A stretch of 24,000 nucleotides of DNA from Terriglobia bacterium (GCA_963823095.1 CAWGKI010000019.1:309705-333704); one strand, 5' to 3'. Positions 1 to 10,417 are shown, counted from the stretch's first letter. Numbers and translations are program-made. The notes: a model not told the origin generated them from the sequence alone.

Positions 1-56
1 CACCACAAACCAGAAAAGCCGGAAACGACGACGCGCCTGAAGAAGGCCTGCGGCCG

Positions 57-536
57 TTGGATTGGGTCCGCACAAGACTCGCTTTCCTTTGGTTGGCAGG
101 GGCCTGCCTCATTCTGTCGTTGGTGGTGCTCCAGACGCTGAATGGCCGCTACGGCGACCACATACAGGAGGCCTGGACCTGGCTGATGCCCAATCTCATG
201 CCAACTATGGGGACCATCCTGGCTGGGCTCGGCTATACGGCGCTCGATCCGCACCGCTCCCGCACAAGGGTGCGGTCCAGCTTCTACCATGTGGCTTATT
301 GGTTGTCGCTCTTCTATCTGGCTCTCGTTCTGCTGACGATACTGATTGCGCCTACTCGGCCCGAGGGCGTAACCGGAAAAGGCGCGGTCGAGCTGATGCA
401 CACGGCGAATTTGTGGCTGGGTCCGCTGCAGGGGTTGGTCGCGACGGCGCTCGGTGTGCTTTTCGCCTCGAAACAGAAAAGCCAGGCAGACAAGCCCGCC
501 GCTGGCACGGAGAGTGACGCGTCAGATGGTGCTTGA
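57..536 (+). CDS. hypothetical integral membrane protein
   Basis: 159-codon ORF from TTG 57. Hydrophobic stretches (LAFLWLAGACLILSLVVL, TMGTILAGLGY, YWLSLFYLALVLLTILIA, LQGLVATALGVLFA) suggest about 4 TM helices. The frame stays open back to base 3, so the true start may lie upstream of the window. No family recognised. Confidence 0.45.
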   Translation: MDWVRTRLAFLWLAGACLILSLVVLQTLNGRYGDHIQEAWTWLMPNLMPTMGTILAGLGYTALDPHRSRTRVRSSFYHVAYWLSLFYLALVLLTILIAPTRPEGVTGKGAVELMHTANLWLGPLQGLVATALGVLFASKQKSQADKPAAGTESDASDGA

Positions 537-572
537 CCGGCGGTTCCTCGCCGATGCCATCCCCGATTCGAC

Positions 573-1411
573 TTAGTTGAGCGTCAGCCGGAAGTTGATG
601 TCCAGCGCGCGGGCCGAATGCGTGATGGCCCCCGCTGAAACGAAATCCGCGCCTGCTTCGGCGTAGGCGCGAGCAGTCTCCAGCGTGATGCCGCCGGAGA
701 GTTCGATACTCGCCCGTCCGTCGATTCTGGAGATCCATTCGCGGGCTTGCTCAGGCGTCAGATTGTCGAGCAGCAGCCGCTTGGCGCCACACGCCAGGGC
801 TTCGTCGAGTTCGGCGAGCGTGCGTACTTCAATCTCGACCGGGATCTTTTGTCCAGCCACCGAGGCCAGCGCCGCGCGCACTCCACCGGCGGCAGTGATG
901 TGGTTGTTCTTGATCAGAATCGCGTCGAACAGGCCCTGGCGATGATTTGTGACGCCGCCCGCCGCCGCGGCCATCTTCTCGAGCGTGCGCAAGCCTGGCG
1001 TAGTCTTGCGCGTATCCAGGACGCGGCATTTCGTTCCGTCGACGGCAGCGGCGAACCGGCTCGCGAGTGTCGCTACCCCCGACAGACGCTGGACGAAATT
1101 GAGCGCCGTGCGCTCGCATGTCAGCAGCGTGCGCGCCGGGCCGCGAACGCGGGCCAAGCAGTCACCCGGCTCGGCACGGTCGCCGCTGTGCTTTAGGACT
1201 TCCAGCGATTCCACGCCGCCGCGCAGTCGATAAACGACGGAGAGCAACTCAGTGCCCGCGACCACCATCGGCTCGCGTGCGTAGAACGCCCCGGAGGCGA
1301 TTCACGGTCAGCGGCGACGGTCAATTCCGTGGTGACGTCGCCGGAGCCTATGTCTTCCTCAAGTGCGCGCCGGACGGCGCCCAGGACTTCTGGATGGGTG
1401 GTGTCAAACAT
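573..1411 (-). CDS. nadC: nicotinate-nucleotide pyrophosphorylase (quinolinate phosphoribosyltransferase) NadC, reading frame broken once near 1296-1306
   Basis: The N-terminus MFDTTHPEVLGAVRRALEEDIGSGDVTTELTVAADR lies in the frame of ORF 1193..1630 (ATG 1411..1409, GAGGAGG about 9 nt upstream). The rest, IASGAFYAREPMVVAGTELL...KNNHI...LDNL...SGGITLET...INFRLTLN, lies in ORF 573..1268. Total length is 839 nt, i.e. 280 codons minus 1 nt. Confidence 0.85.
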
Positions 1412-1445
1412 GGAGCAAGCCTCCTCAAGTGGTGGTGGCGAATGC

Positions 1446-1540
1446 TGTGGCGCACGCTTCAGCGTGCCGTGGTGGCATTCATGCCACCATGCCGGACGTC
1501 GAGATGAATCTCGACGCTGCACGCTCAAGCGTGCGCCACA
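1446..1540. repeat. REP/MITE-like palindromic element (family A)
   Basis: A 22-nt inverted repeat, tgtggcgcacgcttcagcgtgc (1446-1467) and gcacgctcaagcgtgcgccaca (1519-1540), encloses two small hairpins (ggtggcat-tc-atgccacc; cgtcgagat-gaa-tctcgacg). It lies between the nadC start and the valS stop. Confidence 0.7.
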
Positions 1541-1547
1541 ATGCCCG

Positions 1548-4255
1548 CTACGCTTCCCGCTCAGCCAGCGCCGCGCGGCTGCGTTCGATCTGCGTCTCGT
1601 AGTCGGCGAGCTTGGCGCGCATCTCTTCAATCACGTGGGCCGGCGCCTTCGCGGTGAACTTCTCGTTCGAGAGCTGGCGGCGCGTATTCTCCACCACCTT
1701 GGTGAGCTGTTCGATCTCTTTCTGCAGCCGGACCTTCATCGCATCGGCCTGCGCGCCGGAGAGCTTCAGCACCACGTCGAATTCGGGCGTCGAGCGCAAT
1801 GCGCCGGCTTCATGCGGCGTCCCCGCATTGCCCAGACTGAACGTGGTGTTGGTGAGAGCTTCGAGAGCGGCATGTTCCGTCGCCGCCAGCTCGGCCGTCG
1901 CGTCATCATGCGCGTAGAGCGCGCCTTCGAGCCGCTGTTTCGGATCGAGCTTCTGGTCGGCGCGCAGCGCGCGCGTCGCGGTGATCATCTCCTGCAACAG
2001 CGCCATCTGACGGGCCGCCGTCTCGTTCAGCGCAGCCGGGTTCGCCTGCGGATACGCGGCGATGCAGAGCGACTCGGGAATGCCCTCGCTGCGCTTCACC
2101 AGCCGCTGCCATAGCTCCTCGCTGAGGAACGGCATCACCGGATGCAGCAGGCGCAAGAGCGCATTCGAAAACGCGCAGCAGATTCGACGAGATGAACCTG
2201 CGCGTCGGGGCTCTGAGCTTCAAGGGCATGGTTAATCCGCAGCTTCTTCAGCTCCACATACCAGTCGCAGAACTCGTCCCAGAAAAAGCCGTAAAGCAGG
2301 TCGGCGCATTCATGGAAGCGGAACGTCTTTTGCGCGTGATCCATCTTCGCGGCGACGTCGCTCAGACGATGGAAGATCCAGGCGTCTTCGAGCGCGACCG
2401 TCCCGCCTGCCGGAAGCGGCGTGGGCGCAGTGGCGTCGATCGAGTCAAGCTGGAGTTGTTCGACCTCCAGCTTCTCCATCTGCATAAAGATGAAGCGCGC
2501 GGCATTCCAAATCTTGTTGGCGAACGCCCGCGAACTGGTCATGCGTTCTTCGCTGAAAACGATATCCGTGCCGGGCGCGGCTCCTCGCAGCAATGCGAAG
2601 CGCACCGCGTCGGTGCCGTACTGCTCGGTGACCACCAGCGGGTCCACCACGTTGCCTTTAGTCTTCGACATCTTCTGGCGCTCGGCGTCGCGCACCAGAC
2701 CGTGGATGTAGACCGTGCGGAACGGGATGTCGCCCATGCACTCGATGCCGAGCATGATCATGCGCGCCACCCAGAAAAACAGGATGTCGAAACCGGTGAT
2801 CAGCAGCGAGGTCGGGTAGTAGGTCTTCAGCTCCTCGGTCTCGTCCGGCCAGCCGAGGGTCGAGAAGGGCCACAGGCCGGAGCTGAACCAGGTGTCCAGC
2901 ACGTCCGTGTCCTGGGTGATCTTGTCCGAGCCGCACTTCACGCACGCTTCGGGCGTCGTGCGCGAGACGGTCACTCCGCCGCAAACGGCGCAGTGCCAGG
3001 CCGGAATGCGGTGGCCCCACCAGAGCTGGCGCGAGATGCACCAGTCGCGGATGTTGTACATCCATTCGAAGTAAGTCTTCGACCAGTTCTCGGGCACGAA
3101 GACGATGCGGCCCTCTTCGACCGCCTTGATAGCGGGTTCGGCCAGAGGCTTCATGCTGCAGAACCATTGCGTGGAAACCAGCGGCTCCACCACGGTCTTG
3201 CAGCGCTGGCACGTGCCTGCGTTGAGCTTGTAGTCCTCGGTCCGCACCAGCGCGCCTTCGGCTTCGAGGTGTGCCAGCACGGCTTTCCGAGCTTCGTAAC
3301 GGTCGAGACCCGCGAACTCGCCGGCTTCGGCGGTCATCATCGCGTTCTTGTCGATGACGACAATCAACGGCAGCTTGTGACGCTTGCCGGCTTCAAAGTC
3401 GTTGGGATCGTGCGCGGGCGTGACCTTCACCACGCCGGTGCCGAACTGCGGATCGGCCAGCGTGTCGCAGATGATCGGGATCTCGCGGTTCATCAGCGGC
3501 AGGATCACGCTCTTGCCGTGCAGGTCCAGATACCGCTCGTCGTCGGGATGAATGGCGACCGCGGTATCGCCGAGCATCGTCTCCGGCCGTGTGGTGGCCA
3601 CGGTGACGAAGCGTCCGGGCATGTCCTTCACTGGGTATTGGATATGCCACAGCTTACCCTGCGACTCGACATGGACCACTTCCAGGTCCGACAGAGCCGT
3701 CTGGCAACTCGGGCACCAGTTCACCATGTACTCGCCGCGATAGATGAGGCCCTTTTCGTAAAGCCGCACGAACACTTCGCGGACTGCTCGGGACAGCCCT
3801 TCATCCATCGTGAAGCGGTTGCGCGACCAATCGCACGAATCGCCAATCCGCTTCATCTGGCTGAGGATCGTGCCGCCATACTGCTCTTTCCAGGCCCAGA
3901 CGCGCTTCTCGAACTCCTCGCGGCCCAGGTCGTGCCGCGTGAGGTTCTCCGTAGCCTTCAGATTGCGTTCCACCACCATCTGAGTGGCGATACCGGCGTG
4001 ATCGGTACCGGGCACCCACAGCGTCTGGTCGCCCTTCATGCGGTGCCAGCGCGTGGTGACGTCGATCTCGCTGTGCTCCAGCATGTGGCCGATGTGCAAC
4101 ATGCCGGTCACGTTGGGCGGAGGAATAACGAGGGAGAAGACCTCGCGTCCCGGCGAGGTCAGCGCCGCCGGCGCCGTGAAAAAGCCGCGGTCAATCCACC
4201 ATTGGGCCCAATGCTTCTCAAAGCGCTGGGGCTCGTACACTTTCTCTAACTGCAT
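1548..4255 (-). CDS. valS: valine--tRNA ligase (ValRS), reading frame broken once near 2160-2175
   Basis: The 706-aa ORF 2135..4255 carries class-I aaRS hallmarks ([21 protein letters not shown]) and the ValRS editing/CP1 region. The C-terminal anticodon-binding/coiled-coil part (..[23 protein letters not shown]..) continues in ORF 1548..2156. The frames join at the a-run 2168-2171. Total length is 2708 nt, i.e. 903 codons minus 1 nt. Confidence 0.9.
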
Positions 4256-4452
4256 GGGAAATCACCAGTTTAGCATGGGGCGCGAGCCCGGTTTGCGGTT
4301 TAGAATGTGCGGTTTTGGCGTGGGTGCCGGTACAGGCGATTCACTGGAGAGAGGTAGATGGACCAGCCGTGTGAAGATTAACTCCCGGCAATCTCTATTA
4401 GGCGAGCCCTCCTGGGCGATAAGCTAGGAAGGCCACGGCTTTTGCTGCTGTC

Positions 4453-6432
4453 ATGGAACTCCTCACGCGCCTCTCGCTATTTCTGGTTTGTTTCTTCGCT
4501 CTCACCGCGACTGCGGCTTCCCCCGCCGAGCCCAAGGACGTGCAAGCCATCGACCACGTGCAGCAACTCGCTTTCGATCACCAGAATGTGCAGGTTCTAG
4601 TTCGCGGCGTGGTGATCGAGGCGCCCGGCCGCCTGCCCGCAGACCCCCGTTTCTTTCACATTCAGGACCCGAGCGGTGGCATCGCGGTCCTGCCGACTAC
4701 CCGCCTGGCGCTGAATCTGGGCGATTGCGTGGATGTCGCCGGGACCACCATGCTGTTTAACGACCTGGAGCCGCAGATCGAGGCGCCTTCCGTCAAGATC
4801 GCCACTGCGGCGTGCGCGCCGCCCGAGGCCCGCTTCCTTTCGGTGGGCGAGGTTCGCTCCGGCCGTGGTTCGGGCGGTCTGGTTCGAGTCCTGAGCCGCG
4901 TGGTGGACTCCAGCGCGGGGGATGATCGCGCTCTGATTCTGGTTGGCAGTGCCAAGCCGCCCCTGCGGGTGGTTCTGCGCCGGCCGGGCGCGGCACTCGC
5001 GGAGATCCGGCAAAAGGCCGCGGAAGGGGCACTGGTTGAGGTCGTCGGGGTCTCACTGCCTTCCGCCGATGGAAAGTCGAATTTCTTGCGTTTGCGGCGG
5101 CCATCGGACATCGTGCAAAAGGTACCGCCTCCCTTCCGCCCCCATCCGGGCGTGGTTTGGCTTTCATTGGCTCTGGTCGGCGTTGGAGGGGTTACCACCG
5201 CCTGGATCATCACGCTGCGCCGCGCCGTTGCGCGGAAGACGCGCGAGATCGGCCGCCTGCTTGAACAGGCCCAGGCCACCTCGCTGCTGAAGAGCCAGTT
5301 TCTGGCGAACATGAGCCACGAAATTCGAACTCCGATCCACGGAATCATGGGCATGCAAGAAATGGTTCTGCAGTCCGATCTCGAGCCGATACAGCGGGAG
5401 AGCCTGGAAATCGCCCACTCCGCGACGCGCTCGCTGCTCTCCCTGCTCAACGACATCCTGGACCTGTCGAAGATCGAAGCCAACAGCATGAAGATCGCTC
5501 CGGAGCCGATGAGCCTGCAGGGCTTGATGGCTGAGTTGGAGCGCCAGTTTCAGGCCCGGGCCCGCATGTCGGGTGTCGCATTCGAGGTTACGGTGGACCG
5601 GGACGTGCCCGAGTATGTCGTGGGCGATGCGTTGCGGCTCCGCCAGGTGCTCACCAATCTGTTGAGCAACGCATTCAAGTTCACCGAAGAAGGTTCGGTG
5701 ACCATGAGCTGTTCGGTGGCCGGACAGGTAGAAGTGGGGAACCGGGCGAACGCCGCGCGGGTCTGTTTCGCCGTTCAGGATACCGGCATCGGCATCGCAA
5801 CGGCGGATCTGGAGAAGGTCTTCTCCGCATTTCACCAGGCGGACGGCTCGATCACCAGGCGATTCGGAGGGACCGGGTTGGGCCTGACCATCGCCAGCCA
5901 CCTGGTGGACCTCATGCACGGCAGCTTGAATTGCGACAGCACGGAGGGCAGAGGTTCGGTCTTCTCCTTTGAAGTAGAACTGCCGCTCGCCGAAAGACCT
6001 CCGGCGGATGAGCCTCAATCCGAAGACGGCTTGCCAGTCCTGCCATTGCGCCTTCTGCTGGCCGAAGACAATCCTATCAATCAGCTTGTCGTCCGCCGCC
6101 CGCTCGAGGCGCTCGGCCATGAAGTCGTGGTCTGCGAAGACGGCCAGCGGGCAGTGGAGCTTTGTGAGGAGACGAGCTTCGACATCGTACTGATGGACGT
6201 CCAAATGCCAGTCCTGGACGGGTTGGAGGCGGCGCGGCGCATTCGTCAAGGGGAGTTGCGATCGCGAGGTCCGCGAGTGCCGATTCTGGCCTTGACCGCG
6301 AACTCTCTTCGCGATCAGATCGACGCCTGCTTCGAAGCCGGGATGGACGCCTGTCTCTGCAAGCCTTTTCTTCCCGCGGACCTATTGAACTTGATCGCGG
6401 TTCACGGACGGCATCCGCAGAAGATGGCTTAG
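4453..6432 (+). CDS. hybrid sensor histidine kinase / response regulator
   Basis: Contains a signal peptide (MELLTRLSLFLVCFFALTATAAS), a ~200-aa extracytoplasmic domain and a TM segment (VVWLSLALVGVGGVTTAWIITL). The kinase boxes are present: H-box MSHEIRTPIHGIMG, N-box LTNLLSNAFKFT, and G-boxes DTGIGI and GGTGLGLTI. A C-terminal receiver follows (LLLAEDNPINQ..DIVLMDVQMPVLDG..ALTAN..KPF). Confidence 0.9.
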   Translation: MELLTRLSLFLVCFFALTATAASPAEPKDVQAIDHVQQLAFDHQNVQVLVRGVVIEAPGRLPADPRFFHIQDPSGGIAVLPTTRLALNLGDCVDVAGTTMLFNDLEPQIEAPSVKIATAACAPPEARFLSVGEVRSGRGSGGLVRVLSRVVDSSAGDDRALILVGSAKPPLRVVLRRPGAALAEIRQKAAEGALVEVVGVSLPSADGKSNFLRLRRPSDIVQKVPPPFRPHPGVVWLSLALVGVGGVTTAWIITLRRAVARKTREIGRLLEQAQATSLLKSQFLANMSHEIRTPIHGIMGMQEMVLQSDLEPIQRESLEIAHSATRSLLSLLNDILDLSKIEANSMKIAPEPMSLQGLMAELERQFQARARMSGVAFEVTVDRDVPEYVVGDALRLRQVLTNLLSNAFKFTEEGSVTMSCSVAGQVEVGNRANAARVCFAVQDTGIGIATADLEKVFSAFHQADGSITRRFGGTGLGLTIASHLVDLMHGSLNCDSTEGRGSVFSFEVELPLAERPPADEPQSEDGLPVLPLRLLLAEDNPINQLVVRRPLEALGHEVVVCEDGQRAVELCEETSFDIVLMDVQMPVLDGLEAARRIRQGELRSRGPRVPILALTANSLRDQIDACFEAGMDACLCKPFLPADLLNLIAVHGRHPQKMA

Positions 6433-6486
6433 GGCCCGTCAAGAAATAATCATGCCGTTCGGTGGTTGCGCTGCTGGCGTTGCGGT

Positions 6487-6554
6487 GCACGCTTGAGCGT
6501 GCGGCGTCGACACTTTTGTCGACGTTCGGACTATGCCGCAGGAGTGCCGGCACT
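6487..6554. repeat. REP-like hairpin cluster (family A related)
   Basis: Three hairpins or palindromes: gcacgcttgagcgtgc (6487-6502, the same motif as at 1452 and 1519), cgtcgacacttttgtcgacg (6505-6524) and agtgccggcact (6543-6554). Located in the intergenic region after the sensor kinase. Confidence 0.6.
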
Positions 6555-6715
6555 GCACAGTGAAGCGCGCGCGACAAAGCTCCTGGACTCCCCAATGCCG
6601 CGAACTCTGTCGAGACTGCAACTGTTATTTCCTGACGGGCTGTTGGCCGGTTCCGCCCCACGCATGCGAGCGACTGACCTGCTCGACTGGCGAGCCACTC
6701 GTATAAAGTAAGTGC

Positions 6716-7892
6716 ATGGCTCCTATCGAGGCGATTCAAGAGGCACTGCGTGCGGAAGGTCTGGACGGCTGGCTGTTCTTCGACCACCACCGGCGGGACC
6801 CGCTGGCATATCGCGTCCTGAAGTTCGAGCCCGGCCAAATGGTGTCGCGGCGCTGGTACTACCTCGTGCCCGCCCAGGGCGAGCCGCGGAAGCTGGTTCA
6901 TAAGATCGAATCGCACGTGCTAGATCCCCTGCCGGGCGCCACGACGCAGTACTCCGGGTGGCGCGACCAGCAGGTTCTTTTGCCTGCTCTCTTGGCCGGG
7001 TCCAAGCGCGTGGCGATGCAGTACTCGCCTAACTGCGCGGTGCCGTATGTCTCGAACATCGACGCCGGCACGGTGGAATTGGTGCGCGGCTGTGGCGTAG
7101 AAGTTGTGACTTCCGCCAACCTGATCCAGGTGTTTGAGGCCGTGTGGAGCGAGGCCCAGTACGCCATGCACAAGCGCGCTGGGACTCTCGTGGACGCGGC
7201 CCGGCGAGCTGCGTTTGCGCGCGTCTCCGACGTACTGCGCTCTGGCCACCACGTCACCGAATACGAGATTCAACAGTTCATTTGCGACACGTTCAAGAGC
7301 AGCGGGTTGACCTATGACCACGGTCCGATCGTGGCAGTCAACGGCAACGCCTCGAATGCCCATTACGATCCGGACCGCACGAACAGCTCCGAGATCAAGC
7401 GAGGCGACCTGCTCCTGATCGACCTGTGGGCCAAGCTCGACCAACCCGGCGCGGTCTACTACGACATCACCTGGACGGGATACTGCGGTACCGATCCCGC
7501 CGACAAGATGCTGAACGTCTTCGCCGCCGTCACGGGCGCGCGCGACGCCGCAGTGGCTCGCGTGAAGAGCGCCGTGAACGAAGGCACGCCGCTCGCCGGA
7601 TATCAAGTGGACGACGCATGCCGCAGGCTTCCTGCGGGAGCGCGGCCTCGACGAGCATTTCTTCCATCGCACCGGCCATTCCATCGGCGAGGAAGTGCAC
7701 GGCAACGGCGCCAATATGGACAACTTCGAGACCCACGACGAGCGCATCGTCATTCCGGGTACCTGCTTTTCCGTGGAGCCTGGAGTGTACCTTCCCGATT
7801 TCGGTATTCGCAGCGAAGTGAATGTCTATCGGGCGCAGTCCTCGGCCGAGGTGACTGGCGAGATCCAGACCGCGCTGCTGCGGCTGCTCTAA
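6716..7892 (+). CDS. M24 family metallopeptidase (Xaa-Pro aminopeptidase-like), reading frame broken once near 7617-7630
   Basis: The N-terminal ~300 codons are in ORF 6716... up to ..AGYQVDDACR. The catalytic C-terminus FLRERGLDEHFFHRTGHSIGEEVHGNGANMD..FSVEPGVYLPDFGIRSEVNVY..LLRLL is in the +1 frame and ends at TAA 7890-7892. Total length is 1177 nt, i.e. 392 codons plus 1 nt. Confidence 0.85.
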
Positions 7893-7916
7893 AAGCCCTG
7901 AACGGGGCCACCGCCC

Positions 7917-8580
7917 GGAAACCGAGCCGCGACCGTGAGGGATCTTTAGCATCGAGCCTTGTCAGATCCCCAGCACGGAGCCGCGAACGAAGAGAGCGGC
8001 CCCCCTCAAACCACCTCTCCTTTTCGGTCATGGCACAGATCTGAAACCGAGCCGCGACCGTGAGGGAGTGGTTGCAGCTTCTTCAGGCCCCCAGCACCGA
8101 GCCGCGAACGAAGAGAGCGGTCCCCTCTCGAACCACCTCTCCTTTTCGGTCATGGCTCACTCCTGAAACGGAGCCACGACCGCGAGGGAGTGGTTGCATC
8201 GAGCTGCTCGTCGCATGTCAGCACCGAACCGCGAACGAAGAGAGCGCCCCCCCCTCAAACCACCTCTCCTCTTCGGTCATGGCACCACCCTGAAACGGAG
8301 CCGCGACCGTGAGGGAGTGGTTGCATCGAGCTGCTCGTCGCATGTCAGCACCGAACCGCGAACGAAGAGAGCGCCCCCCCTCAAACCACCTCTCCTTTTC
8401 GGTCATGGCACCACCCTGAAACGGAGCCGCGACCGTGAGGGAGTGGTTGCAGCTTCTTCAGGTCCCCAGCACCGAGCCGCGAACGAAGAGAGCGGTCCCC
8501 TCTCGAACCACCTCTCCTTTTCGGTCATGGCTCACTCCTGAAACGGAGCCACGACCGCGAGGGAGTGGTTGCATCGAGCT
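7917..8580. repeat. tandem array of a ~122-127 bp hairpin-forming unit, 5 full copies plus one truncated copy
   Basis: Unit boundaries are about 7917, 8041, 8163, 8290, 8416 and 8538. The conserved arms are ctgaaacSgagccRcgaccgYgagggagtggttgca and ccgaRccgcgaacgaagagagcg...tcRaaccacctctccttttcggtcatggc. There are two internal variants (gcttcttcaggYccccagca versus tcgagctgctcgtcgcatgtcagca). Segment 8041-8205 recurs almost identically at 8416-8580, a 375-bp higher-order period. Confidence 0.9.
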
Positions 8581-8681
8581 TCCTTTTTGGCACGGATGCC
8601 GGTCCCGTCCGGAAGGCCCGCGCTCCCAGCGTACCGATACCGCTAAAATCAGTATGGGAAGACGGGCAGGGAGGCACGCCT

Positions 8682-9010
8682 ATGGATGGGTACTATCACC
8701 AGGACGATCTCGCCCATTTCGCGGACATGGGCAAGGATGCGCCGGAGCTGTGGCGCAAATTCTCTGAGTGGTATGGCGCGGTGTTCGCGGAAGGCGCTTT
8801 GACGGAACGGGAGAAGTGCCTGATCGCACTAGGCGTCGCGCACGCCGTACAGTGCCCGTATTGCATCGACGCCTATACGCAAGCGTGTCTTGAAAAGGGC
8901 TCGAATCTGGAGCAGATGACCGAGGCCGTGCACGTGGCGAGCGCCATCCGTGGCGGCGCTTCGCTGGTGCACGGCCTGCAAATGCGAAATGCCGCCGAAA
9001 AGGTAAGCAT

Positions 9011-9014
<4 letters not shown>
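8682..9014 (+). CDS. arsenosugar-biosynthesis-associated peroxidase-like protein (AhpD/carboxymuconolactone decarboxylase fold)
   Basis: MDGYYHQDDLAHFADMGKDAPELWRKF...ALGVAHAVQCPYCIDAYT carries the AhpD-like CxxC motif. GGGAGG lies about 8 nt upstream of ATG 8682. The 3' end overlaps the arsS start by 4 nt. The longer ORF from 8565 runs into the repeat array and is unlikely to be real. Confidence 0.75.
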
Positions 9015-9982
<968 letters not shown>

Positions 9983-10070
9983 TCGCGAGTATCGCCGGAC
10001 TTGTCTCCGGATTAAAACACGCGTCGTGAGTTCGATCGCGAGTTTTAGCATCTGATACGCTCTTTCAAGG

Positions 10071-10409
10071 ATGAAGCTTCCTAACGGCGCTGCGGCGATC
10101 GTCGAAATGTCCAAGCTCCGAGATTACTGCCTCGATCCGTATCATTCCCGCGGCCGGCACAAAGCCCGCATGTTCCAGTCCACACTGGGGATTTCCCAGG
10201 CGGACGCTGGCTGGCTGCGTGCGGCGTTGATTGCGGCGGCCGGCGAAGCGGACGCGGTGGAAGGTGTATCCGATGAATACGGCGACCGGTACACAGTGGA
10301 TTTCGAAATCAGCCGAAGCGATCGCCGTGCAATGCTCCGGAGCGCTCGGATTGTCTTCCGGGGCGAGACGGCACCGCGTTTGACGAGTTGTTTTGTACTA
10401 TTGAATTGA
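10071..10409 (+). CDS. DUF6883 domain protein (putative toxin-like partner of DUF4926)
   Basis: 112 aa. KLRDYCLDPYHSRGRHKARMF...GDRYTVDFEI...IVFRGETAPRLTSCF matches my recollection of the DUF6883 pattern. The next gene follows 9 nt downstream. Confidence 0.65.
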   Translation: MKLPNGAAAIVEMSKLRDYCLDPYHSRGRHKARMFQSTLGISQADAGWLRAALIAAAGEADAVEGVSDEYGDRYTVDFEISRSDRRAMLRSARIVFRGETAPRLTSCFVLLN

Positions 10410-10417
10410 GGTGCGCT

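Noticed and set aside
2192-4249. A 685-aa ORF antisense to valS
   Set aside because: This is a typical stop-poor antisense frame of a GC-rich gene. The composition is Arg/Ala/Gly/His-rich and low-complexity, with no recognisable domain. The valS frame has unmistakable class-I synthetase motifs.
6716-8044. The 442-aa ORF taken as the full M24 peptidase
   Set aside because: After about 7620 the translation loses all M24 motifs, which reappear in the +1 frame ending at 7892. The tail from 7893 to 8044 is translated repeat DNA.
8218-8406. Small ORFs on the minus strand of the tandem units (MTEKERWFE..., some preceded by AGGAG-N6-ATG)
   Set aside because: Only the first 9 codons are conserved, and they coincide with one arm of the hairpin. 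Downstream frames differ between units because the unit lengths (122-127 nt) are not multiples of 3 and the G-run length varies.
7917-8580. Possible CRISPR array, given the regular ~125-bp periodicity with conserved blocks
   Set aside because: The sequences between the conserved blocks are themselves repeated, in only two alternating variants, rather than being unique spacers. The period is far longer than repeat plus spacer, and there are no cas genes in the window.
8588-8602. A sigma-54 promoter (TGGCAC) upstream of the AhpD-like gene
   Set aside because: The required -12 TTGC element at the correct spacing is missing; the sequence there is ccgg.
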